From Atractiella rhizophila (taxonomy: Eukaryota): a DNA stretch of 48,519 nt. The stretch's first letter is position 1. Every line of letters starts with the position of its first letter. The position numbers and the translations under genes are program-made. This document shows positions 1 to 15,433 of the stretch, piece by piece. The notes below the pieces were generated by a model, which was not told the origin of the DNA, did no database searches, and saw only the letters and a program-made list of their open reading frames with translations. The stretch covers positions 46,303 through 94,821 of the forward strand of contig MU271239.1 of assembly GCA_021432655.1 (NCBI GenBank). The letters are read 5' to 3'.

Positions 1-1869
1 GATCAAAGAGAGAACGGCATACAATAGAGTAGCAGGCCAAGTACAGACCAGTGACGATAGCCATATTCTTGTGCGTCGTCGCAGCTTGAACCGAGGCCTG
101 AGTGGGGTAAGAAAAGAGACCTCCACCGACACCAAGGACGATTTCAGCGCCAATGATAGCGCTGTTGTTTCCCCCAGATCCCCCACTTCTGTATCGAATG
201 AGAAGTCCAAACGCAACCATAAAGAGGCAAATTCCAGTGATGATAAAGATCTTGAGGTATCGAACGTAGCGCACAACAAATCCGAGAATAACACCAGTGA
301 TGACGGAGGTGAAGGAGTAGATGTTGGTGATCCTCGTTGCAGATTTGATAGATTGATCGAAGGCAACGACGAGGGTGGTGTAAAGATAAGAGCCTTGCAG
401 GTACCAAGTCCTGTTGCGGACAACAGTCAACATGAGCAAGGCATCAACAAACTTGAGACGTACGCATTGATAAAGCAGGCAATTCCCAATCCAGCCCAAA
501 CGCCGCGATCTTTCAGAAGCTGTCACATCGACGAACGATAAGAGAGAGATCTAAACAAGTCAAGAGAGACTTACATGAAAAGGCACGAGGGGGGTTGGGG
601 CAAACTTTTCCCAAATAACAAAAACAGGGATAAGAAAGACGCCGAGGACTATGAGATAGGCTATTAATTCCGACGTTTGGAGCAAAGATGGAGCTCACCA
701 AGCATGGCAATGATGTAGCCTTGCCTCCATTTTTCGCCTGCAGAAGTAGCGATGGAGAAAGGCACGAGAATGAGCGAGAAAACTGTCGGTCCCGCGTGTG
801 AACACTAACTCCTCTCACATTTGACAGATGGGACACTTACCTGCAATGACAAGAATGATACCGATCACGTCCAGATCCCAGAAGAGCCTGGTCACAAGCC
901 CTTTGAATCCCAACTTCTTGAAAGGACTGACATAATCGTCCAATTTTCCTTCCCGTTTTGCTTTATGCCCTGCGTACCAGAGAGTCGCAAGAAGAGGCAG
1001 ACTAAGAACTGTGTAAATAATAGCCCACATCCCAACTCCCCATCGCCAGGTCGTCGCGTCCAAAACTGCCTGAGTGACATCTCCCGAAATCCAAGCATTA
1101 ATCTGCTTTGGGGATGAGCTTTATAAAGAGTGGTGACGAAGGGGAACGGACCAGGAAAGGTGTGGCTGGAACGAAAGAGAGCAAAACTCGATTGCGAAGG
1201 GACGACGTGTCTCCCACAATGATCTCAGCGATCAAGAGGATAGCTGTGTATCCAATCTGTAAACCAACCTATTAAGGCCTTCACTGATTGTCCCAAAAAA
1301 GAGTACCAACTTGATAAAGTACAGCTCCAGCTGAGAAAGCTTCAACGCCGTGGGAGACGGCTTCGACGATTGTACCCAGAGTGTAGAAGAAGACCGAGAA
1401 AGCTAGGATTTCTGTCCTTCCGAAGGTGTCGAGCAACTTAGCAATTGTAGGCTGCAAGGTCATGTGAGAAAATAATCAGAACGAGGAAGAGAAAGTGGCA
1501 CTTGGGCAGCAGCTCCAATGACGCCTCGAACGGTGTTGATCGTCCCTTTACACCTTGTGAGCTCTAGCTTCAATGTAAACCCCCAATAGTCTCACCTAGC
1601 AAGGAGTGCTGAGCATAGCTTGCAGTCGCGTAAGACTGGTAAGTGTACCTCGTTTGCCCTGACAATGAACTTTGTCAGCAGGTACTTTTAGTTAATATAG
1701 CCTAATGGGGCTCACCATCGAGCCCATAGGTATAAGCGACGAAGAACAAGCTCACGTAGAGCGCAACTCGGAGGACAGGGGTGATGGCTGAGTTGATTGC
1801 TTCTATCCTTTTCACTCCCTGTGAAGCCAAATTTTGAGCTGGCGGGTGGGGTATTGGCACGAGAGGCAT
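1..1869 (-). CDS. SIT1: Siderophore-iron transporter (MFS, SIT/ARN family), multi-exon, 3' part runs off the window
   Basis: ATG at 1869 gives MPLVPIP...SQGVKRIEAINSAI...FFVAYTYGLDG. Later exons give QPTIAKLLDTFGRTEIL...YTLGTIVEA...AGAVLYQ and WRWGVGMWAII...DVIGIIL, which are typical SIT/ARN motifs. GT-AG introns lie between them. An upstream 5' exon cannot be excluded. Confidence 0.9.
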
Positions 1870-1987
1870 CTATGTAGGATACATGTGAAGTCAGTTAAAA
1901 AGACTTCAAGGACGAAAGGACAAAATACTAGCCTTTCACCCTGCTTTGGCTGAAGAGGAAGGAACTGAAAAAAAACGCGAGGGCGAG

Positions 1988-2007
1988 TTATCAGATCGAT
2001 CTGATAA
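1988..2007. promoter_or_regulatory. Palindromic pair of ATCTGATAA iron-responsive GATA-factor sites
   Basis: TTATCAGATCGATCTGATAA is a perfect 20-bp inverted repeat about 120 bp upstream of the transporter ATG. Each half matches the ATCWGATAA consensus of SreA/Urbs1/Fep1-type repressors. Confidence 0.75.
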
Positions 2008-2013
2008 GGCTTC

Positions 2014-2026
2014 CTTTTATAATTGG
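2014..2026 (-). promoter_or_regulatory. Candidate CCAAT plus TATA box of the siderophore transporter
   Basis: The minus strand reads CCAAT-TATAAAAG immediately upstream of the GATA palindrome. Confidence 0.4.
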
Positions 2027-2301
2027 CCAAGAGAAGAAAATGGGCGATGGAAGGACACGGATGAAACGGGACCACATGACTTTTTCGAACCTTTTCGACC
2101 AATCGCGACAAAGCTGGACAAAGTTGCGGACCGAACTCCAGCGAGAAGATTGAACAGGCACGTGACCCAATGAAGGCGAGTGCAACCTCACCTTCGAGAT
2201 CGAGATGGTTATGGGCATTTCACTGTGCTCCGTGTCTTGTGGCGTGTTGGAGAATGTCAACTTCTACACATACTTCAAGAATTGATAATCAAGCACTAAA
2301 A

Positions 2302-3731
2302 CTACATGGGCACTGCTTCCAGACAAAAAATGATACCTCTAAAGTTACAAATCTTACTGATAGACTGAATCTCGCTTTCGAACGCCAATTGTCTCCCAGC
2401 GGCCAAGCTAACGCCTAGAGATTCCAATTTAACAAACCGATCTCGTTTCAGGAGAGACGATAGGTCATTGAACAGTTCACTGATCCAGGTTGGCAATGCA
2501 ACATCACTACCTAAACTGAGAGAAAGATAACCCAGAGGGAGCTTGTCCAGGGCGGCGAGAAATGAAGAGGGTTTGGAGCTGCAAGCGTTGAAAATTCCAG
2601 AGGAGAGTTCAAGCTGCGCCAGGTACGGAACAAACGTGTTCAGTGAATCGAGAAAATATCCCGTTTCCTGAAAACCTTCGTGGTCATGAATCTTTGACTT
2701 GATGACTGCCAATTCGTACAAATTTCCTCCTACTTTCTTCAGAATATCAAAGAAAGTTCGTCGCTTGAAGTTCAAGCAGCTCTCGAGGCGTAGCGACACT
2801 AAAGTCTCCACGCAGGAATCCAGGATCGAAGACACCTCCTCGTTGTTCCCATGGAAAGAGGAGAGAAAAAGGTGAGAAATATTGTTACGGCTCGAGATTT
2901 CTGGTCTGAAACCCAACGGACTCGACAAGATGCCATGAAATGAGAAGTGTCGTAAGCTTGGGTAAACTTGGAGAATCTTCTGAACCTCTGGAAAGGGTAC
3001 AGGACAGCCACAACAGAAAAATTTCGTTAGTCGTTCATGTTTGGAATATAGAATAGCATCAAGGAGATGGGAGCACTGTGGCGCCAGGGCTGCTGGCGAC
3101 CCTGGAGGTGATTCTGGAGCTGGTGCAGGTGTCGACTCTCCTCGAGACACAGGCTCAACATTGTCACTATCAACTTGCACCGGCTCCTCAAAAGCTGTCT
3201 GATCTGTCCATTGGAGATCAAGCTCCCGAAGATGCGGCATAAAGGCAAGCAAGGTCTGCATACGATCTACAGTAGTGGCTGACGGCAAGAGATAGTTGGT
3301 TTCGTCATTTTGGATTGGGGGAGGGAGAATTAAAGTAAGTCGCTGACTGGCCAGGCCAACTGCAGAATCAGCAAGAATGTTGACAAGACTTCGATATCGG
3401 TCGTCGTCCCCTATCCTTAGAAAAACATCTTTATAGAATCCTCGTCTTCCTAAAGGGTACCCTTGAAGTTTGATGAGTCTTGGCATTTCATCATAGAGAA
3501 TTCCTTACAACTCTTGCAAACAAGCATGAAGGACCGCATGCCGTCTCTCGCCATGCAGCCTCTTCCCATCAACTCTTTACTGACCATCTCAATCATTTCA
3601 GGCGGAAGAGCAGCCCAATCTGTCAAGAGTGCCTTTTTCATTTTGGTCAGGTTGAACATCGAGGTTTCAGTAGCTTCAACTCGAGGGTCATCTGCTGGCC
3701 TACCAGGTTCGTCTGAGATACTGCACGACAT
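2302..3731 (-). CDS. F-box protein with RNI/LRR-like C-terminal region (2 exons)
   Basis: The F-box-like WAALPPEMIEMV...FMLVCKS-W is completed by splicing a short GT-AG intron near 3462-3508. It joins the 394-aa ORF, which has LxxLxL repeats (LRELDL, LVSLRL, LAQLEL). The start codon is uncertain (3731 or 3659). Confidence 0.65.
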
Positions 3732-3975
3732 TCCTACTTGCACTTCGCACAAACGAAGGACAAAGCAAAAGCCGAATAAGGTTTCATGATGTTCTCACAA
3801 GGAACCCGATCGGACCTGATCGATCCGCGATCAAACTGGTTATGTACGTTCACGCCGTTCAGACAAAGCATTCACATTGCATGTGGTTCCTTCAAACATC
3901 CACGGTTCACCAGCCTTGCGCAGGCTTATGTATTTCGTGTCAGCGTCATCATGTACATTTTCTGCTTTCACAGAA

Positions 3976-7183
<3,208 letters not shown>

Positions 7184-7332
7184 ATCTACCCAGAGTGTTC
7201 TTGAGAGGATTCCTGATCGTGAGCTCCGAAAAATCATGAACTGGGTCTCGATTGTGAGTAGTTGTCCCAAGCTCAAGGCACACGTGCACCTTCGACCACC
7301 AAGTCTTTTCTCGCCAGGCGATACCCATCAAA

Positions 7333-9170
7333 ATGTCGAGCTGGACCGCTATAGATGACAAGGTGATAGGCTTGTCCCTCGCCATTTCAGGTTCCTTTAT
7401 GATAGGAATCTCTTTTATCATCACGAAGAAGGGTCTTATGGATGTCGCGGAGCAAGCAGAACTGGAGGATGAGGCTGAGGATGATGGCTTCGGACCACCA
7501 ATTCGGAGGAATACTGCTAGCGAAGGTGTTCTGCCCAAGTATCTTAGCAATTACATCTGGTGGGCTGGGATGGTAACAAGTAAGTTTCATGCCTATCAGA
7601 AATCGGGGAGCTTGTGTCTGACCTCCCGTCTTCAAGTGGTCACTGGAGAGAGTACGCTTTTTGCAATGCAGCAGACCCCTTATTAACAGGTGACCAGTCG
7701 CAAACTTTGCCGCCTACATCTTTGCTCCTCCAATTCTCGTCGCTCCTTTGGGGGGTCTGTCCGTTATTATTGGGTGTGTTGCTTCTTTTAGCATGAATCC
7801 AGGAACTTATCTTTATCGTACAGGGCTGTTCTCGCTTCCTTCTTACTCAAGGAAGAGCTTGGACGGATAGGACGGGTGGCTTGCACACTCTGCCTTATTG
7901 GAAGTATGATAATTGTCCTTCATGCTCCCGAAGACACCGAGATAGCGACTGTGGACGAGTATCTGCGGATGGCCCTACGGCCCTGTGAGCTTTCATCTTC
8001 CAGAAGCAACAAGGCGGCGAGCTTACAATAAATCCAGCTTTCTTGTTCTACTGTCTTTTCTGCATTGGATTCTGCGCTCTCTTGATTACCCGGTATTGCC
8101 CTCTTTACGGGCATACAAATCCCATCTTTTACATAACCATTTGTTCGCTCATTGGTTCTTTATCTGTGATGGCTATCAAGGCACTGGGAATTGCCGTCAA
8201 ACTCACAATTAAAGGCAACAACCAACTGACACATCTCTCGACTTGGGTCTTCGCACTCATAGTCGCGATTTGCATATCAGTCCAAATGAACTACTTCAAC
8301 AAGGCTCTAGAGATATTCCACACTAACATGTGAGCTCGTTTTATTCTTTTTATTTGTCTGACGTTCTGCAGCGTCAACCCAATTTACTACGTCTTCTTCT
8401 CTACCGCTACCATCTTCTCCTCCGTCCTCCTGAACAACGGTCTCAACACCTCTGGTGGCGTCAACACGATCTCGCTACTTTGCGGTTTTGTCACCATCTT
8501 CATAGGAGTGTATCTCCTTACGACGTCTCGGAACGAAGTAGCAGAGCGAGGGTACGATCCTTATGCTGCTCCTGCTTCTCCAACTGCATATTACCGTGGG
8601 TCCACCGCTCACCTCCCCCAAAGCGGCCGAATCCATACCCGAAACTCTTCGCAGACTTTCCTCGAATCGGGCGTTTTGAACCCGAGATTGAGCCTTGATC
8701 CCCTCTTCGGTCCCCCTCGGTCCTCTCTCTCGATGGAACCGACAGCCTACAGCGGACGCAGACAGGCTTCAGTTCCTCCAACCCCCCGAACAGGCGGCTT
8801 CAGACATGGTCACCATCGAAAATCTTCTTCTATTTACCAATCCAACAATGCAGCTTCAGCTCCAGCTCGCGCTCCAGCCCAAAGATCAGCGTCCGGAGGC
8901 CCCGTGCGCCACAGTCCCCAACATCTCGATGATCAGGAAGAAGGAGGCGTTTTGTTCGATGTCGATAAAGTGAATAAGAAGCCCAGTTCTGACATTCCCG
9001 ATCTTGATCAGGATCCCTTCTCTCTCGGAGGCGATATGGATGACGATGATGAGTATGATGCGCACGAGAGAATGCCCTTACAAGCTAAAGGCAGAAGAAA
9101 GAGCAACGATCCTTTAAGCGCGGCCCATGATGGATCGATGAGGTGGGGTGCTGGTAGCGCACCGCGGTGA
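7333..9170 (+). CDS. NIPA-family (DUF803) magnesium transporter with disordered C-tail, multi-exon
   Basis: Motifs IGLSLAISGSFMIGISFIITKKGL, YLSNYIWWAGM, NFAAYIFAPPILVAPLG, YITICSLIGSLSVMAIK and QMNYFNKALEIF. Confidence 0.92.
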
Positions 9171-9354
9171 TGCTGCGAACTGTTTAAAGTCACCGGTATA
9201 TTATACGATTGTGTTGGATCTCTTGTGTTCTGGCATTTACACTTTTAAGACCTTTCGTTGTGTAATTCGAATTGATGGACCATTGCCTTTTCCTTAAATT
9301 CTCCTGTTCTGTGTGCAACGCATCTAGTATTACATTCCCGCAAAGAACTGGGTA

Positions 9355-12300
9355 TCAAAGGCGACGTAATTCTACAGAACTCCCAGCTGACGTGGAAGGG
9401 CGTTGGTTACGTTCGGAAAGCTCTGAATAGCGTCTATCGAAAAGCAGATCCCCCTCTTCCTCATCGTCTTTCCGTAACCGCACAGGTTGCCGATCCGCTC
9501 TTCCTGCAGTTGCCCAACGAACGAGCCCATCCCGCACCTCCTTGAGCCACTCTACAAGTTCATCCAATGTTGCTTCAAGATCATCGTTAGGCGTTGAAAC
9601 ATGGTCTGCTTCCGTAGACTCGAGATGATCGATATGCTTAAGGATGTCTTTAATGGTGATGAGTCCTACAAGTTTGCCGTATTGCTCCACTAGTATCACT
9701 CTTGGGCTATATCGTCACATGAATCAGCGCTACATTGTTGTAGAAGCAAATCTTACCCCATTTGACGGAAGAGCTGCATCACTATTTCCAGCGGTTGTTT
9801 CGGCGAGACATTCAGAGGAGTCTGTAACAACTTTCGACAACCGATTCAAAGATGAACAGCAGACACACCTCGTTCACGTATTCAGAAAAGTCAACAACTG
9901 CGCTCTGATCGTCCTCCAAGTCATCCTCGTTCCATTCAGCAACATGAACGCCGCTTTGGAATAAACAACGCGCATCCGGAGCAAGCAGATCGCTTTTTCG
10001 CGCTTTCTCTGTTATGAAGATGATTAGCTTTGACATTTGGGAAGTGGGATATGAACCTATCGCCCATTGTAGGTCTGCCTTCACGACATAACCTATCAAT
10101 GTATTATCTTCTCGCGACTTGACCACTGGGAAGCCTCGGTATGGGGTGGCTGCCATCCTCGCCTCTGCATTTTCGGAGTAAACAGCGTATTTGATGTATA
10201 GAGCGAGCTTTCCATACCTAGCTCATCAAGCTTCATGCCGGCTACAGGCAAGCTAATAAGATCTTGTTTCATGACATGAGCAACTGTAGGAGAGTGAATC
10301 AACAAATTCTAGCTTGAATTCATGGAAGAGTGCCTACCTGGAATATTGAATGCATGATCTTCTTTATCGAGGAAAGGGTACCCATTGAAGCGAATCATCT
10401 GTTCGGCAATTCCACCTTTCCCAAACCAGTCACTGACCGCTTTGGTGACCATGAGGACAATCTATGCAGAGTCAACCTATTGCTGTTGGTCAGCGATGGG
10501 ATTGAAAACTCACCATTGTGGGAAGAATGTAGGTCAAAGCCCCTGTCAGCTCGAACATGATGACGACAACCGACACCGTGATCCTCATTACTCCACTATA
10601 CGACCTGATTCAGTGACAACGGAAAGTATTGATTTAACTGACCCAAGAGCAGCTGCCGCACCGAGGAAAGCGTATGTTCCTGGGGTGATGCAAGGAGCGT
10701 CAGGATCACAAGCGGAGAACATTGCCCATTGCGGATTTGCACTGTAGCCACCATCAGAAACCAATCCCGCCAAGCGCCATTCTTACCGATAGAGAGCTTT
10801 GACGAGGATTCCCACCATTCGTCCGAACGATGCCCCAATAGCCATGCTGGGAATGAATATTCCGCAAGGTACCTTACAACCATAACTGACGATGACGAGA
10901 ATAGTTCGAAGGACCGTAGCCAAAAGGAGAGAGTTGACCATGCGCCATTGAGCCCAGGTCCTAGATGCTCCTTAGAGGAAGAGGTGTAGGAGGGAGCGGA
11001 AGTCGACGTACTGGCACAAACCATCGTAGTCACCTCCTCCTTCGCATTCTCGAAACAAAATCTCCAAGCTTTCCGTCATATCGATCCGCAAAAACTTGTT
11101 GGAATAACTGATGAGAGCGGTGATACCGGCCAGGATGACGACTTCGAGGAGGGCGTGATTCGCCAGATGCTTTTTGCGGAACGCAACGACTTGCATGTTA
11201 TATTTGATGACGAACGCGCCATACAAACCCTGTCATCGGCGTTCTGTTTACTCTTCTGATGAGTGGGAAAGCACTCACGCCGAAAACGCCAATGAGGATG
11301 AAGAAGCCGATCTCGAAGAAATGCCATGAGCGGTCGTAGGTCACTTCGAAGAGTACGAGCTTTCCGGTACGAAAAGGATTCAACGCCTACAGCCAACCGA
11401 ATCCACGGATGAGTTCGTCTCAGGAGGGGAGGGATGAACTTACTGAGAGTGTGAATGTGGCTACAAGAGCACAAAAGAAACTCCTCCACATCGTCTTAAT
11501 GGGAAAATGGACGGTCATTTCCTACTCCACAGTCCCAAGCGGCATGGATCAGAATCCTCGATGGCTACGAGGAAGCGTACGCACCTCTAGAGCAAACAAT
11601 ACCCCTCCGATCGGTGAACCAAAGGCAACAGCTACTCCAGCGGCGGAGGCAGCCGTTATCACTTCCCGCATCTTCGCTGTTTCATGTTCAAGCGAATTAG
11701 CAACACATCGACATTCGACGAAAGATTAACCTTGGCTCCTGCTAAAGCGTTTGAATCTTTTTGCGACTACATTGCCGATGGTGGCTGCGACATGTACGCT
11801 CGGTCCTTCCTTGCCCACGGACAGGCCGCTGGCAATAGTAAATGGCTATCTCCCCTCTCAGTGGGCAGCAGTAAGGAGAGATGGTTTGGACGAACCAAAG
11901 TAAGACTCTTGATTACGAGTACCCATATTCCCAAATAGCCCTGAATGACGAATCCAGCCAAAATACATTTGATTTCTGAGATCCCACTGCCTGCAGAATA
12001 TGGCGAGAAGGAGCGAACGAGAAAGGCGGCGGTGAAGGCAAAAAGGACCTAGGTTGCTCTTTACTATGGAGTGAATCAGGGGATTTGCGAGAGACCTACG
12101 GCAAAACAGAGGTAGCACAATAATCCGAACCCGATGGGCCAGTCCCAGGAATTCCAGTCTTGACATCCGGCTTCTGCGCCTCCACCACCGACAATACCGG
12201 TCGCTTCGATTTCCCAGCAGCAAAACTTGCGGTTCAGCCACCACCCTGTCGTACAGCGTTATTTAATGGTGTTCCTAGAGAGTGGTTCACAATGTACTGA

Positions 12301-12861
12301 CCAGTCTTACAGTAACCGTTCTTGAGGTCTGACAGCCATGTTGTCGTGATTGAAAGGATGGAGAATAACAGTCCTATCGAAGCACCTGCATCAAAGGGAC
12401 AATTAGCTACGCTGGTACCTATCTCTGTCTGCTATAACACATTTGGATTTGGAAGGCACCCAGCGAGCTCAAGATTGTTACACAAGATTCGTTGAATGCA
12501 CAATGGCAAAGAGACAACCTCGCCGTAGTAGCAAGTAATCTCCAAACCAATCCTCAAGAGAATAACGTGGCTGTTCTCACTCACCGACGAGCCCAAAGAC
12601 GAACCAGCTCTGTCCAGCGAGAACAGCTCTCCAACTGACTTCCTTGAGCTTGTGCCACAATCCGCCCTCCTCCGCATCATACTGGAGCTCTTCCATCCGC
12701 ATCTTCTCCCTCATCCGCCTCTCACGTTCCGCGAGCGTGTCCTGGATCCAGTCGATGGTGGTGAAGTCGCCATACCGCTGCGTGTGCGAAACTTCGGGGT
12801 CTGGTGCGTTGTAGGAGGTCGATTCTCGTCTTGAGAGGTGTATTGAAGGTCGGGATGGCAT
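9355..12861 (-). CDS. GEF1: CLC-family chloride channel/antiporter with CBS domains, multi-exon
   Basis: Motifs [55 protein letters not shown] and [13 protein letters not shown], followed by CBS-like YRGFPVV and [13 protein letters not shown]. Confidence 0.93.
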
Positions 12862-13452
12862 CGAAGTCGTTCTCCAGCACTGCTCCTTTCTGCTAGCTGG
12901 AGCTGTTTGGGCAATGCGGTGACACTACCCGGTGATTGTGTATCAGAGATCGATGTACGTAATAACTTCCTTTCCATCTCCCCAGCCTCAGGAATTTGTT
13001 TGCTCAGTCATTCCATTGGACTTGCTAGCCTAGCCTCTGTGCTGGGACAGTCACCTAGTGCATGAGCTAATGCTACTCCTGCTGCGATCTTCAGGGTCTG
13101 TTTTGGGTACGAACGCTGGTACAACAATAGGAAGGACGCCCCGCGATTGTCAATTGATCATCTCAATGGGCCGTTCAAGGTGAAAGCGCACGGCAACAAG
13201 GAGGAGAAAGTCCCTTCTTTCATTATTCATGCTTCCCCGCTTCCCTGACATTTCCGGCGCTTAAGAAGGACCATTCTATCAGACGACTTCATCTTCGTCG
13301 ATCTCCATCAAGATTGGAGCACTCCCTTCAATACATTCTTCATTACCGTCTTGTCCTGTTGGGGACGTGTCAGAGTACTCATCAAGGTGGCTCGCAACAT
13401 CTTTGGGTCCAAGTGCACGATTTGGGATTCGGCTTTCTGGAGTGAAGAGAAC

Positions 13453-15046
13453 ATGGTCGCTCTTGCTAACGTCAATAGACCCCATGAAGACGTCGGAGCG
13501 GCAGTGATTGAGCCGGTCAAGCAGGAGGTGAAGAAGGTAGAGAAGGCGCTCGTCGAGCCTGTGAAGAAGAAAGTGACCTTTAGTAATATTGCAGTCGTGA
13601 GTCTTCGTGCCCCTGGATCATTGGGAAATGGTGTTTGTTTGCTGAAGGAGGAATGCTCATCGATGTTGACATGTTATTCCCCTATTTGTGTTATCTGGCC
13701 GTATTATTGGAATAGACGTGGTGATGCATGATTGTGTAGGGAGCAGCAGTATCACTCTTCGAAGTATCCACATTAGGGCAACCATTCGAAGTGATGAAGA
13801 CACAAATGGCAGCCAACCGGCGAGTCTCCTTAATCTTCCGCTTAACGGATCTAACTGACTGCGTGACTAGGACACAATCGCTCTCGCAAGCAGCAGCAAC
13901 AGTCTGGAGTCGGGGAGGCGTGTTTGGGCTCTACCAGGTTCGTCCCTCTTCCTAACCCCTGTCAATGAACACTGACGGAGGCGGACGACGCGAACGACAG
14001 GGTCTCATTCCATGGGTACGTCTTCACGTTGTTATGTAGGAGGAAAAGGAGGTGGGCCTGACGGATGTGATGGGATACAGGCATGGATCGAATCAGCGAC
14101 GAGCGGAGCTGCCCTTCTTTTCACAGCTGCAGAAGTAGAGCACATATCACAAAGCTCCTTCGGCGCATCACCCGGTCCGTTCCCTCTTTACGCTCTCATC
14201 TACCTGCTCATGAACAATGTACGTTGCACAGGCACCGCCGGCATGTTAGGCGGCATAAGCGGTGGTGTCGCTCAAGCATATCTGAGCATGGGGTTCTGTT
14301 CGTCCCCTTCCCTTTCCTCTCCTCTCCTTTCCGAGACCAAGACGTCGTGCTCATGAATGGGTTGTACGATGTAGGTACAAATTTCAAAACCATCGCCATC
14401 ACGCGCGAGAAAGCGATCGCACAAGGCGCTGCCAGCGCGGCAAAGACACCATCCGCATGGGCCACCTTCCTCGACGTTTACAGACGAGATGGTATCAAAG
14501 GTGTGAACCGAGGCGTCAACGCAGTCGCAGTTCGTCAGGCGACAAATTGGGGGTCTCGGTTCGCCTCCCCCTCTCCTCTCCTCTCGTCTACCTGTCGCTG
14601 AAGTTGATTTTTTGGATGGACTGCAGGATGGGTTTCGCTCGTCTTGCGGAGGACATGATCCGCCGTTTCAAGCGGAAGAAGGCGACCGACGCCCTCTCTG
14701 CTGGTGATAAGGTCTTGAGTTCGAGCATCGGAGGTGTGCTGGGATGCTGGAATCACCCGATTGAGGTGGTGAGGATCGAGATGCAGTCTTTGAGCAAGAG
14801 CAGGAGCGAAAAGAGACCAGCCAAGTTGAACATGTTCAATACTCTGTACGTCCCACACCTTTCCCATTCCCATTCTAATTGACGCTTTGGGGCTAAAGAG
14901 CTTACGTCTATGGAGAGAATGGGATTAAGGGTCTCTTCAGAGGTGTGACCCCGAGAATGGCCCTTGGAGTTTGGAGGACTGTGTGCATGGTCTCCCTCGC
15001 CGATTACGTGAGGATTTGGGTAGCAGGTCGGAAGGCGGCCAAATAA
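13453..15046 (+). CDS. YHM2: Mitochondrial citrate/oxoglutarate carrier, multi-exon
   Basis: Motifs [73 protein letters not shown] and [17 protein letters not shown]. Stop TAA at 15044-15046. Confidence 0.92.
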
Positions 15047-15433
15047 GGTGTGCATTCTTCCATTCACAGCTGGTGGACAGGTTTCTCAACTCACGCTGAT
15101 GACAGAAGATCGAGGCTGGGAAGATAACATGAACCTCAATGTTTCGTCACTTGGAAATTGTTGACTGAGAGTTTTGTTCTTCGAGTATTGTTTTATCTAC
15201 GTCGTGCTTTTGAGTTCCTCACTTGGTTTGGCTGTTGAATCGGTTTTGAATTCGTCGGAGGTTGTTGTTGTCCCTCAGTGCCTCAGGTGGAAGTGAAGAA
15301 GAAAGAGTGAAGAAGAATGTAGAAGTAGTTTGTGCTTGCTTGTGACTGAAAGAATAAAAGATATGTACCAATAATTCTTCGCCTCCTGCTCTGCAGTCTG
15401 TAAGGATTATATAAGGGACTGTTTAGGACGCCA

